Source of the DNA: Candidatus Omnitrophota bacterium | GTDB taxonomy: Bacteria > Omnitrophota > Omnitrophia > Omnitrophales > Aquincolibacteriaceae | Direction of reading: 5' to 3' | DNA length: 64,000 bases | NCBI GenBank assembly: GCA_903856085.1 | Contig: CAIOAT010000016.1 | Coordinates: forward strand, 8,581-72,580 | Part shown: one piece after another, positions 46,727 through 55,757 of the stretch | Layout: each line of letters begins with the position of its first letter | How positions within the stretch are numbered: position 1 is the stretch's first letter | Notes under the pieces: generated by a model | Database searches by the model: none | What the model was told of the DNA's origin: nothing | What the model saw: only the letters and a program-made list of their open reading frames with translations | Program-made: the position numbers and the translations under genes

Positions 46727-47824
46727 TTAACGGCCGCCCGTAACCCGCAGCTTTCTAATGATCGCCTCGCCCATTTCCCGGGTCCCAACAGCCGTGGGAT
46801 CGTTGCGGTCTTCTTTTAGATCGTAAGTCACATCTTTGCCTTCACGGATCACATCAGCCACAGCTTTTTCTAAACGCTTCGCGGCCTCGTTCTCTCCGAG
46901 ATGCTGAAGCATCAGAACACCCGAGAGGATCATCGCGACGGGATTCACTTTATTGAGTCCTTTATACTTCGGGGCAGAACCATGGGTCGCTTCGAAAAGA
47001 GCGCCATTCATTCCGATGTTGGCACCGGGTGCCACGCCCAGCCCGCCGACAAGTCCCGCGCAAAGATCCGAGAGAATATCGCCATACAGGTTCGGAAGGA
47101 CCAGCACGTCATAAAGCTCGGGCTTTTGCACAAGCTGCATGCACATATTATCCACGATGCGGTCCTCGAATTGGATGTCGGGATACTTTTTCGCCACTTC
47201 GCGCGCAACCTCGAGGAAAAGCCCGTCTGAGAATTTCATGATATTGGCCTTATGGACGGCCGTAACTTTTTTCCGTTTGTACTTCCGCGCATAATCGAAC
47301 GCGAATTTTACAATGCGTTCGCTTCCGGTCACAGAGATCGGCTTGATGCTCACGCCGGAATCCGGGCGGATTTTTTTTTGGGAAAGTCTTTCGATGTGAG
47401 CGATCAATTCCGTCACCTCGGGCGTCCCTTTCTGGAACTCAATGCCGGCATAAAGGTCTTCGGTGTTCTCACGCACAATCACAAGATCGATATGCTTGTA
47501 GCGGGAACGGACGCCGTCGTAGGATTTGCAGGGCCGGAGACATGCGTAAAGATCGAGCTCCTTACGAAGCGCCACATTCACAGAACGAAATCCTGTGCCA
47601 ACGGGTGTCGTCAGAGGGGCTTTGATGGCGACCTTGTTCTTGCGAATGGACTCCAAGACACGCTCCGGGAGCGGCGTTCCTTCGCTTGCCATAACATCCA
47701 TTCCGGCGGTCTGGATGTCCCAGTCAAATGGAACGCCTGTAGCTTCAAGACACGCCTTGGTTGCTTCCGCCAGTTCAGGTCCGACTCCGTCGCCGGGAAT
47801 AAGTGTCACGCGATAGGATTTCAT
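46727..47824 (-). CDS. icd: Isocitrate dehydrogenase (NAD-type, beta-decarboxylating dehydrogenase family; alternatively isopropylmalate DH)
   Basis: '[10 protein letters not shown]' and 'GSAPKY' family motifs, ~365 aa; neighbourhood of aconitase/citrate synthase favours IDH. Confidence 0.7.
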   Translation of the reverse strand: MKSYRVTLIPGDGVGPELAEATKACLEATGVPFDWDIQTAGMDVMASEGTPLPERVLESIRKNKVAIKAPLTTPVGTGFRSVNVALRKELDLYACLRPCKSYDGVRSRYKHIDLVIVRENTEDLYAGIEFQKGTPEVTELIAHIERLSQKKIRPDSGVSIKPISVTGSERIVKFAFDYARKYKRKKVTAVHKANIMKFSDGLFLEVAREVAKKYPDIQFEDRIVDNMCMQLVQKPELYDVLVLPNLYGDILSDLCAGLVGGLGVAPGANIGMNGALFEATHGSAPKYKGLNKVNPVAMILSGVLMLQHLGENEAAKRLEKAVADVIREGKDVTYDLKEDRNDPTAVGTREMGEAIIRKLRVTGGR

Positions 47825-48026
47825 GAAATTCCTCGTTTTTTAGGGTTTTCGCGTTCCCGTGAGAACGCTGCGGTCCAAAACGCCTCCGGCTATCCTTGTC
47901 TATGCTTTGATTTCTAAATAGTGACAAGGACAGCCCCAATTTCAACTTCGTTGAAATTGATAGGTATTGGGACTAGAATGCTTCGTTCCAAAAAGACCAG
48001 CCTCATCAAAAGAGTCCATATTTTAT

Positions 48027-48827
48027 ATGAAGAACACTAAAATTAAAAGAACGCTCTTGGATGCCCTTGCGACGGCCGGAAAGATCATCCGTTCGAATTT
48101 CGGCAAGGAACAGACGATCACAAAAAAAGGCCGGTTCAACCTTGTAACCGAGATCGATAAAGCCTCGGAAAAAGCCGTGGTCGGGCTTATTTTGAAACGT
48201 TTTCCGGATCATTCGATCCTGGCCGAGGAATCCCCTGCCATACTGGGCTCCGAATACCGCTGGATCATCGATCCAATCGACGGCACCACGAACTTCGCGC
48301 ACGGCTTCCCGATCGTTTCAGTCTCGATCGGGCTGGAGAGGGATGGCCGACTTGAAATGGGCGGCGTTTTCGATCCCTTTCGTAAGGAGCTTTTTTTCGC
48401 TGAGCGCAGCCAAGGTGCAACCCTGAACGGCAAGCGCATCCATGTCTCCAAAGCAAAAACCCTCGAGGACTCGCTCCTTGCGACCGGTTTCCCCTACGAT
48501 CGCAACATAAAGCCGGATGATTATCTCGGAATGCTCCGCGTCTTTCTGCCCCGGATCCAGGGCATACGCCGCGGCGGATCTGCAGCGATCGATCTTTGCT
48601 ACGTAGCCTGCGGCCGTTTTGACGGTTATTATGAAATGAAACTCGCGCCGTGGGACAAGGCGGCAGGCATGATGATCGTCGAGGAAGCAGGCGGAAGGCT
48701 TACGGATTTTTCAGGAGCTTCTTTAACTCTTGAGGGATTGCAGAATCTCGCCACCAATGGTTTGATTCATGCCGAAATGCTGGCGGCCCTTGAACCGTTC
48801 AAACATCTGGGGCGATCTTTTTCTTAG
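48027..48827 (+). CDS. suhB: Inositol-monophosphatase family protein (SuhB-like)
   Basis: 'WIIDPIDGTTNFAHGFP' and 'AAGMMIVEEAGG' IMPase motifs; start moved to ATG 48027. Confidence 0.8.
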   Translation: MKNTKIKRTLLDALATAGKIIRSNFGKEQTITKKGRFNLVTEIDKASEKAVVGLILKRFPDHSILAEESPAILGSEYRWIIDPIDGTTNFAHGFPIVSVSIGLERDGRLEMGGVFDPFRKELFFAERSQGATLNGKRIHVSKAKTLEDSLLATGFPYDRNIKPDDYLGMLRVFLPRIQGIRRGGSAAIDLCYVACGRFDGYYEMKLAPWDKAAGMMIVEEAGGRLTDFSGASLTLEGLQNLATNGLIHAEMLAALEPFKHLGRSFS

Positions 48828-49010
48828 GAAAAGTTTGAATGCCACAGAAAAAAATCTCGAAGACCCCCAGGCCTCGTCACGGCTGGACCATCCATCCCAA
48901 AACACGCCTTAAACCTTCGGAGAAAAGTTGCCCCCGGAAAACCGCGAAAAAGGCTGAAAAGCATTGGGTGGACGAACTTTTTGATTGAGCAGACAGGCGC
49001 TAAAAACAAA

Positions 49011-49040
49011 AAGCGCCGGGTTTTGAGGCCCGGCGCTTTT
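49011..49040. terminator. Intrinsic terminator hairpin between convergent genes (AGCGCCGGG-ttttgagg-CCCGGCGCT flanked by A/T runs)
   Basis: Perfect 9-bp GC-rich stem; T-run on minus-strand reading (ttttgttttt), short T-run on plus. Confidence 0.5.
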
Positions 49041-49058
49041 GAAAATCCGAAATTCTTT

Positions 49059-49400
49059 TTACTTCTTTGCTCCGCCGCTGAGATCCACACCATTTTGCGG
49101 GAGCGGAAGATCCGCAGGAATCGGGAAGGTAACGAGCTGGAGCGCGCCGCCGACCGTATCCACAGTTGCTTCAACTAAGCCCTGACCAATGCCGGACCAA
49201 ACATTCTTTCCTGCGCTGGCATATTGGTTAGGAACAGCGAAGAGCTGAATCCAGCCGAGCAGCGTGTTCTGGAGACCGAACACCAGCTTGCCGGTAACCC
49301 TGTCACCGTATGTTTTCTCTTCCGTCCACGGACTCGCCGCGAAAGCCAACGGTGCGAGAATCATGGAAAGTATCACTACGAGACTCATGATCTTCTTCAT
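49059..49400 (-). CDS. Small secreted protein, paralog family A (resembles exosortase-system-associated TIGR04073-type proteins)
   Basis: Signal peptide MKKIMSLVVILSMILAPLAFA, then '…GKLVFGLQNTLLGWIQLFAVP…G…G…VTFPIP'; GGGAGGAAA SD before ATG ~49400. Confidence 0.5.
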   Translation of the reverse strand: MKKIMSLVVILSMILAPLAFAASPWTEEKTYGDRVTGKLVFGLQNTLLGWIQLFAVPNQYASAGKNVWSGIGQGLVEATVDTVGGALQLVTFPIPADLPLPQNGVDLSGGAKK

Positions 49401-49590
49401 TGTATTTCCTCCCTTGGTTTTTAAAGCCTTGGTATGGCACCACCTTCGAATTTTATTCTGCCACAACTTGGCAACCTCTACAACCTTAATATTCCCAAAA
49501 GTTATCGTCCTCCCACGCATTTCCTTTATCTTTTTTATCACCTTTTATCCTCCCCTTGTCGACCCGCCCCTGACCCGATATGATACTCCC

Positions 49591-50706
49591 ATGCATAAAA
49601 TTCACTTTCCGCCAGAAAAACTCCGCCGAACGCTTCTTCGGTGGTATTCCCTGCATAAAAGGAACCTTCCTTGGCGCCATACTTGCGATCCTTACAAGAT
49701 CTGGGTTTCTGAGATCATGCTGCAGCAGACTCAGGTCGCGACGGTCATTCCATACTATGAACGCTGGTTCAAAAGCTTCCCTTCTCTCTCCGCGCTGGCG
49801 GAGGCTCCTTTGTCAAAGACTTTAGAGCTTTGGGCTGGCTTGGGTTATTACAGACGGGTCCGAATGCTCCATCAAGCCGCATGCTACATTCAAGAAAAGC
49901 TTCAGGGAAAGATTCCCGAGACTGCGGAAGAGTTGAGAAAACTACCCGGAATCGGCCGCTATACCGCCGGCGCGATCGCCAGCATCGCGTGGGGCGAAAA
50001 AACGCCGGTCCTGGACGGGAATGTGATCCGCATTTTCACAAGGATCTTCGCTGTCGCGCAAAGCGTAGATCGACCCGCGACCCTGGAAAGACTTTGGTCG
50101 ATCGCGGCTTCGTTCGTCGCGGGCAAAAACCCCGGCGACCTTAATCAAGCACTTATGGAATTGGGCGCAACAGTATGCTTCCCCTCAAATCCGCACTGCG
50201 CTCGCTGTCCGGTGAAAAAAAGTTGCGCGGCCCATCGAAAAGGAAGAGAACTCTTTTATCCCGTTCGTTCTCAAAAAGACCGCTATGAAAAACTAACGAC
50301 AGCAGCGCTAGTATTGAAAAACAAGAAAAATGAGGTCTGGCTAGAAAAACAACCTGAGCAGGGCCGTTGGGGCGGGCTTTGGATGTTCCCGTTTTGGACA
50401 CATAAAAAAGAGATGCTGGAAGAGCTCTCGCCTTCCTGCTCAAAACCCGTCCTTTTTTTAATCGTCCCACACGCTTTTACAAAATACAGGATCACCCTTG
50501 AGGTTTTTGGATCGTTGGCTAAAACGAGAGTGTCTTGGAAGCGGCCATGCGGAAGATGGTTTCCGATTGGGAAATTGGCCCGGATCGCTTTCCCATCTCC
50601 ACACAGGAAAATTGCTCAAGCGCTTATAGCTCGAAATGGGCTGTTAAATCCTCTTTTCCCCGGAAGAGGCCTTGCAGAAAGAAAACCCAGGGCCCGACGC
50701 ACCTAA
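49591..50706 (+). CDS. mutY: A/G-specific adenine DNA glycosylase MutY (HhH-GPD + [4Fe-4S] + C-terminal Nudix-like domain)
   Basis: 'SEIMLQQTQV', 'LPGIGRYTAGAIASIAWG', Cys cluster 'CFPSNPHCARCPVKKSC'; start moved to ATG 49591 (track ORF includes spurious 5' extension overlapping minus-strand gene). Confidence 0.85.
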   Translation: MHKIHFPPEKLRRTLLRWYSLHKRNLPWRHTCDPYKIWVSEIMLQQTQVATVIPYYERWFKSFPSLSALAEAPLSKTLELWAGLGYYRRVRMLHQAACYIQEKLQGKIPETAEELRKLPGIGRYTAGAIASIAWGEKTPVLDGNVIRIFTRIFAVAQSVDRPATLERLWSIAASFVAGKNPGDLNQALMELGATVCFPSNPHCARCPVKKSCAAHRKGRELFYPVRSQKDRYEKLTTAALVLKNKKNEVWLEKQPEQGRWGGLWMFPFWTHKKEMLEELSPSCSKPVLFLIVPHAFTKYRITLEVFGSLAKTRVSWKRPCGRWFPIGKLARIAFPSPHRKIAQALIARNGLLNPLFPGRGLAERKPRARRT

Positions 50707-50749
50707 AAATCGTTATCGTAATGATAGCCGTCGTAAGCCCGGGAATTCC

Positions 50750-50971
50750 TTATTGGGTCATGCGGTCGGTCAACCAAGCATCCAGGACGTCTTTTTTGAA
50801 ACGCCACTGCCCGCCGATCTTCGTCGCCGGAACTTCACCCTTCTTCAGCAAGCGATAGATCGTCACGAGATGGAATCCAAGATATTTCGCCGCTTCCTTT
50901 GGCGTCATAATCTGGGTTCGCTCTTTCCTGGGATATTGGAATTCTGGCCCCTGCTCTTTTGTTTGTTCCAT
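50750..50971 (-). CDS. Excisionase/Xis-family (MerR-like) helix-turn-helix DNA-binding protein
   Basis: 'MTPKEAAKYLGFHLVTIYRLLKKGEVPATKIGGQWRFKKDVLDAWL' matches the excisionase-type HTH; AAGGAGAA SD before ATG 50971. Confidence 0.6.
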   Translation of the reverse strand: MEQTKEQGPEFQYPRKERTQIMTPKEAAKYLGFHLVTIYRLLKKGEVPATKIGGQWRFKKDVLDAWLTDRMTQ

Positions 50972-50989
50972 TTTGGTTCTCCTTGTACA

Positions 50990-51095
50990 GCATTGCTACT
51001 TTTGATTTTACTATAGCTATATGCTACAACATAACCTATCCTACATACTATAAATTGTCAACAGTTGCTAGTTTTTACGCTTTTTGCTACTTCTT
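50990..51095. promoter_or_regulatory. AT-rich region with four TTGCTAC/TGCTAC direct-repeat copies
   Basis: Copies at ~50993, 51022, 51065, 51084 in a 340-bp non-coding gap between the HTH gene and a secreted-protein gene. Confidence 0.2.
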
Positions 51096-51204
51096 GTAAC
51101 CTATTGTCGTGACTCCTCTTACAAAAAATCAGCCTCAAAAATAAAAATATTATTGCTTGTTATTTTTATTCATTGTAGTATCTGTGCCTGTCCGCTTCTC
51201 AGGA

Positions 51205-51252
51205 AATGTTTCTAGTACCGTTTTCCATTTGATTCTAAGGGGTTAACGGTAC
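51205..51252. promoter_or_regulatory. Inverted repeat GTACCGTT-(loop)-AACGGTAC in 5' leader of secreted-protein gene
   Basis: Perfect 8-nt arms separated by a ~30-nt spacer, ~70 nt upstream of ATG 51321. Confidence 0.25.
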
Positions 51253-51320
51253 AGTACTGCAAACCAATAACAGCAGTGCTAGCCTGTCAGCCATTTTCAA
51301 AAAATCATTAAAAAGGGAGG

Positions 51321-51842
51321 TTGTTCATGAAGAAAGCAAAGGTATTGCTAGCTCTTGTGGTCTGCGCTTTTTTGCTGGTCCCGATGAGCTTCGCGAAAGA
51401 TGTTTGGGAAATGGCTAAATCGGATGTCTATAAGGAAAAGACCGGCGGAATGTTGGGTCGCGGTCTCGTAAACGCGGCGACAAGCCCCGTTGATATCTTT
51501 GTCCAAACCGTCAACAAAACGAAGACGGAAACTCCCTTGATCGGAACTCTGACTGGTATGGCGGGCGGTCTCGGTTGCACAGCGCTTCGCGCCGGCTCGG
51601 GCATTGTAGACGTTGCTCTCTTCTGGGTCCCAGGATTTAACGGCTTCCCCGTGTCACGTTCTTATGACAACTGCTTGGAAGAATCTTCCGAGGTCGCACA
51701 ACCCATCCAAGCGCCCGTTCAGCCGGTTGCTGTGGCAAGCGCGCCTCAAGAGCCCCTCGTAACGGTCACGGAAGCACAACCTGCTGCTGTCCACAAACAT
51801 GTGATCAAAAAACATAACGCTTACGATTACGTGAAGAAATAA
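51321..51842 (+). CDS. Small secreted protein, paralog family B (TIGR04073-like N-half plus ~70-aa C-terminal extension)
   Basis: Signal peptide MKKAKVLLALVVCAFLLVPMSFA; '…GRGLVNAATSPVDIFVQT…'; GGGAGG SD 8 nt upstream. Confidence 0.5.
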   Translation: MFMKKAKVLLALVVCAFLLVPMSFAKDVWEMAKSDVYKEKTGGMLGRGLVNAATSPVDIFVQTVNKTKTETPLIGTLTGMAGGLGCTALRAGSGIVDVALFWVPGFNGFPVSRSYDNCLEESSEVAQPIQAPVQPVAVASAPQEPLVTVTEAQPAAVHKHVIKKHNAYDYVKK

Positions 51843-51870
51843 AATAGACTTTCGGAACGGAAAATAAAAA

Positions 51871-51907
51871 AAGCGCAGGACGGGTTATCGTCTTGCGCTT
51901 TTTTTAT
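51871..51907. terminator. Bidirectional intrinsic terminator (AAGCGCAGGACG-ggttat-CGTCTTGCGCTT + T-run)
   Basis: 12-bp stem (1 mismatch), flanked by A-run upstream and TTTTTTTATT downstream; between convergent genes. Confidence 0.6.
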
Positions 51908-51918
51908 TGTTTGAAGGA

Positions 51919-52464
51919 TTACAGTCCCAAATCGCTCAGCGTGAAAATCGGTGCGTAGTGGTAACTGGCGAGCATTTCCGAAGCCCCTTCGTTGCGATCC
52001 ACGAGACAAATTGTTTTAACGATTTTTGCCCCGAGTGCTTCCACCTCCTTGATCGCCTTCAGAACTGAACCTCCGGTTGTGATCACATCTTCAAGCATGA
52101 CCACTTTGTCGCCCGGCGCCAGGGCAGGCCCTTCGATCATTTTCTGCATCCCGTGATCTTTAGCCTCTTTGCGAACGATAAACGCCTTGAGAGGCTTCCC
52201 GCTCTGAGAACTCAAAACTGACACGGCGGCTGCGAGAGGATCCGCACCAAGCGTTGGTCCGCCCACAGCATCGGCTCCTACCGCTTGAGCCATGTGAAGA
52301 ATCACCTTCGCCGCAAGAAAGAGTCCTTGCGCATCCAGTGTCACCTGCTTGCCATCGATGTAGTACTGCGAGATCTTCCCGGAGGCCAGCTTCCGCTCCC
52401 CGCGAACCACAGCCTTCTCTTGGATCTGCTTCAACAGTTCTTGTTTCAGCGCTTGTTCATCCAT
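51919..52464 (-). CDS. pyrE: Orotate phosphoribosyltransferase
   Basis: PRPP-binding 'VVMLEDVITTGGSV' motif, 181 aa. Confidence 0.9.
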   Translation of the reverse strand: MDEQALKQELLKQIQEKAVVRGERKLASGKISQYYIDGKQVTLDAQGLFLAAKVILHMAQAVGADAVGGPTLGADPLAAAVSVLSSQSGKPLKAFIVRKEAKDHGMQKMIEGPALAPGDKVVMLEDVITTGGSVLKAIKEVEALGAKIVKTICLVDRNEGASEMLASYHYAPIFTLSDLGL

Positions 52465-52595
52465 GATCTTATGACTCCTTTTGAGTTATTCTATGCTGTA
52501 TGGCTCCGGAAAACACCTCGCTAGCGGCCCAGCGCCCTTTTCGAGATTATACTCCACAGGGACCGCTGAAGAAACTTGCATAAAAAATCAAACCT

Positions 52596-53363
52596 TTAAC
52601 CGGGCGAGCCCATCTTTTCTCGAATCTTTCGTGAAAGACCTTTGATCATTTGTGCTTCAGGCTCCAAAAGCCCGCTTCGTTTGATGAGCCCCCGCAGAGT
52701 CCGAAGGATTCTCGGCAAAAGATCCGCCCCGCCTTTTTTGTATCCCAACGCCTTCAGAGCTTTCTCAAAATGTTCGATCGTGACCTCAATCTCTTTTTTA
52801 TCCAAAACTCTCGCATGCACGGCCGCTTCTTTTGCGCTTGGGTCTTCACACCGATCAAGCGGAGCGCGACAGGAACTTGAACCATCCCAGGAAAGAGCAA
52901 ACAGCGTGACCATCACGGCTTGCGCCAGATTAAGCGACGGATAGGAAGGCCCCGTGGGAATCGTCACCAAGTGATCGCATAAGGCACTGTCCTCATTTTC
53001 AAGGCCTTTGGATTCGCGGCCAAAAACAATCCCGATCTTCTGCTGGCGTGAACTCCCTCGAATCTTTGCAACCGTCTTATCGAAAGAAAGAAAAGTCCCC
53101 CGATGCCCGCCCAAGCGCCGCGTCGTCCCGATCACAACCCCCAAGTCCTGGATCGCGTCCTGAAGAGAAGCGTAAGCCTTCCCTTTTTTCAGGATGTCCG
53201 ATGCCGACATGGCCATCTTTTTGGCTTTCGCCCGCCAGGCTCTCGGCGGGCTCACAAGACGCAGATCCGCGAACCCCATGTTCTTGACAGCTCGGGCTAC
53301 CGCTCCGATATTGTCCGGGTTTTCAGGAGAAACAAGAATGATCGCTATCTTTTCTTTTTTCAT
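52596..53363 (-). CDS. SpoU/TrmH-family RNA 2'-O-methyltransferase (TrmJ-like)
   Basis: SPOUT motifs 'NIGAVARAVKNMGF', 'GRESKGL', 'SLNLAQAVMV'. Confidence 0.8.
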   Translation of the reverse strand: MKKEKIAIILVSPENPDNIGAVARAVKNMGFADLRLVSPPRAWRAKAKKMAMSASDILKKGKAYASLQDAIQDLGVVIGTTRRLGGHRGTFLSFDKTVAKIRGSSRQQKIGIVFGRESKGLENEDSALCDHLVTIPTGPSYPSLNLAQAVMVTLFALSWDGSSSCRAPLDRCEDPSAKEAAVHARVLDKKEIEVTIEHFEKALKALGYKKGGADLLPRILRTLRGLIKRSGLLEPEAQMIKGLSRKIREKMGSPG

Positions 53364-53397
53364 CGAAAGAGTTTTTCAGCTGCAGAATGCCGCGTGT

Positions 53398-53760
53398 CTA
53401 TTCTTTTTGCCAGACATAATCCGGCAGATCGAATTGCCGCGTCAGAGGCGCAGCGTCACTCCCCACCGCATACCAGGGGAGAACAAAAACATCATTCACG
53501 CTGGATCCCCACCGTACCGCGGTATCCGTAAAGACACGCGGGATATAGGTTAACGGCCAGGCTCTGGGATGGTCTTTTCTTTCTTCTTTAAATGCATACA
53601 CGACTTCCCCGGGCGAAGTGAGAAAGCTCACCCACCCGCGCTTCTCGATGGAAACGATCTGTTTCAAAGCGCTTTCTTTTTTTCCGGTTTCCATCGCGAA
53701 AAGAGAGCTTGTCCCAAGCAATAAAACCCCGGCAAGCATCCACGCTATCTTTTTTTCCAT
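53398..53760 (-). CDS. Small secreted protein, paralog family C (TIGR04073-like)
   Basis: Signal peptide MEKKIAWMLAGVLLLGTSSLFA; '…KRGWVSFLTSPGEVVYAF…'; start overlaps rsmB stop. Confidence 0.45.
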   Translation of the reverse strand: MEKKIAWMLAGVLLLGTSSLFAMETGKKESALKQIVSIEKRGWVSFLTSPGEVVYAFKEERKDHPRAWPLTYIPRVFTDTAVRWGSSVNDVFVLPWYAVGSDAAPLTRQFDLPDYVWQKE

Positions 53761-55076
53761 GTTTTTTTCCCTTCCGTTGGGCCTTCATTGATTTTTTTAA
53801 AAACTGCAAGAAAAAAACCATCCGTCCCACTCTCCGGCGGCCATAGCTTGAAGAATGTCGCCCCCGCTTCCCCGCAAGGGACAATCTCCAACTCGGGATG
53901 CGCCACGAGGAACGTCTTGACCACATTTTCGTTCTCCGCAGCCTCTACCGAACAAGTCGCGTAATAGAGCCTGCCGTTTTCCGCAAGATAAGGTAATGTT
54001 TTTTCCAGGATCGCGAGCTGCTCTTTCGGAAGCGCTTCGAACCAGGATGGCGCGAGCTTCCATTTCGCGTCGGGGTTCCGGCCAAGCGTCCCGGTCCCGG
54101 AACACGGCGCGTCCACCAAAATCCTGTCAAATCCTCTCTGCGCAAGCTTAAGGTCTGCCATGCGGTCCAACTCCGCCGGAAAAATATTAAAAACCCCGGC
54201 CCGCTTGGCTCTCTTTTTAAGTTCCTCCAGCTTATAGGATCGCAGGTCTGTTGCTACGATTCGCCCTTTATTCTCCATCATCGCCGCCAAAAGCAAACTT
54301 TTCCCGCCGCCGCCCGCGCAAACGTCCCAAATGCTTTCTCCGGGCTGGGGATCCATTTTTTGACAGACCATTTGACTGCCTTCATCCTGAACCTCGAACC
54401 ATCCGTCGCGAAAGGCTGGCGTATCGAATACATTGCGCCGCTCCTGAAGGATCAAGCCGAAATAAGACATCACGGTCTGGTTGGCCTCGACGCCGAAGCG
54501 CCGGAACATATCCACGAGCTTTTTGCGGCTGATCTTAAGCGTATTGGCGCGCAGCACAAGAAGCGGCCTCTGCTGGAAGAATGCCACCAAGCGTTCTGTT
54601 TCATGCACGCCAAACATCTCAGCCCATCGCTGGATAAGCCACAAGGGGAAGGAATAAAGGAGCGCCATCATTTCTTCTTTGGATTTCGGGCCTTCTCCTT
54701 CAGGGAGAAGATGTTCCTGCAGGGCGGCATAGACCCTTTCGCTTTGCTTGAAAAATTCGCGAAAATCTTCTTTGCTGACAAGTCCTTCCTTTGCGGCAGC
54801 ATAAAGGCAAAGGCATTCTGCCTTTTCGAGAGCGCTCATGATCGGTCGCGGTTTGGCCTTTTCGACCCAAGCCTCCAGGAAACTTTTGTGACGAAAGATC
54901 GCAAAGATCGTTTCGGAGAGGAACTTGCGATCGCGGGAACCGACTTTTTTCCGGTTTTGATAAAAGTAGCGCGCGAGCCAACGGTCCGACGGCATCGGGT
55001 CTTTCTCAACGCCTTGCCAAACCTCCGTGACCATGCGAAGCTGCGAAAAAATGAGCCTTCTTTGACTGTCTTTCAT
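53745..55076 (-). CDS. rsmB: 16S rRNA m5C methyltransferase (RsmB/Sun, NOL1/NOP2 family)
   Basis: SAM motif 'DVCAGGGGKS', catalytic 'ILVDAPCSGTGTL…' and 'TCS' Cys motifs, N-terminal NusB-like region. Confidence 0.8.
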   Translation of the reverse strand: MKDSQRRLIFSQLRMVTEVWQGVEKDPMPSDRWLARYFYQNRKKVGSRDRKFLSETIFAIFRHKSFLEAWVEKAKPRPIMSALEKAECLCLYAAAKEGLVSKEDFREFFKQSERVYAALQEHLLPEGEGPKSKEEMMALLYSFPLWLIQRWAEMFGVHETERLVAFFQQRPLLVLRANTLKISRKKLVDMFRRFGVEANQTVMSYFGLILQERRNVFDTPAFRDGWFEVQDEGSQMVCQKMDPQPGESIWDVCAGGGGKSLLLAAMMENKGRIVATDLRSYKLEELKKRAKRAGVFNIFPAELDRMADLKLAQRGFDRILVDAPCSGTGTLGRNPDAKWKLAPSWFEALPKEQLAILEKTLPYLAENGRLYYATCSVEAAENENVVKTFLVAHPELEIVPCGEAGATFFKLWPPESGTDGFFLAVFKKINEGPTEGKKTWKKR

Positions 55077-55243
55077 GAAATCCTTTGGGTTAGAAAAAAA
55101 AGGCCTGATCGCATGGACCAGGCCTGTCCGAACATCAAAAAATCAAAGAGCAACTTTGTTAATTCCGCCCAAGCCTTCCTTTTTATTTCTTTTATGCGAC
55201 TTGGACTGCCCTGATTCCCCTTTGATTTTCGAATGAATGAGAA

Positions 55244-55684
55244 TCAGGACTGTTCGCCTGCGTTCAGGATCCTCTGGCGAATATCGGATTCCCGGTCAAA
55301 ACGGTTCTGCCGGGACACGTCCAGGGTCCTTTGCGCCGAAGAAAGTTGCTGCTGGATATACGGATCGTTGTTGTTGCCGCTACGTGCCGTCTTGAAAGCG
55401 TCCGTGGCACTCCACGCATGGTTGGCAATAAGGGGCCCCAGACCGACCCAAAAAAGACCTCCGGTGGTCAATGTAGCAAGAAGGATTGTGGTAGTCACGG
55501 CGGCTACTTCAATACCTGCCATGATCTTGGTTTTGGTGGCCCCGATCTCGCCGTTCATGGCCTGACCCGTGGTCGGCAAAAGCAGCGAAGCTCCAAATTG
55601 CTTGCCGCCCATTGCAAAAGCCGAAGGAGACAAGGACGCGAAAATCATCAAAAAAACAATAAGATAAGAGAGTGTTTTTTTCAT
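55244..55684 (-). CDS. Hypothetical secreted/membrane protein with Gly/Thr-rich hydrophobic core
   Basis: Signal peptide MKKTLSYLIVFLMIFASLSPSAFA; AAGGAGAA SD before ATG 55684. Confidence 0.4.
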   Translation of the reverse strand: MKKTLSYLIVFLMIFASLSPSAFAMGGKQFGASLLLPTTGQAMNGEIGATKTKIMAGIEVAAVTTTILLATLTTGGLFWVGLGPLIANHAWSATDAFKTARSGNNNDPYIQQQLSSAQRTLDVSRQNRFDRESDIRQRILNAGEQS

Positions 55685-55757
55685 AGGCGTTCTCCTTAAA
55701 TTGGTAATTCTCTCACCCGTAATCAACGGCTTCCCGAGGAAAATCTTTACCTTTTCC

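Noticed and set aside
49264-49590. N-terminal 109-aa extension of the MutY ORF as given in the ORF track
   Set aside because: The extension overlaps the minus-strand secreted-protein gene and lacks MutY homology. MutY homology begins at MHKIHFPPEKL (ATG 49591).
50750-51320. Prophage or integrative-element remnant suggested by the Xis-like HTH gene
   Set aside because: There is no integrase, recombinase, transposase, tRNA target or flanking direct repeats anywhere in the window. I treat it as a stand-alone regulator.
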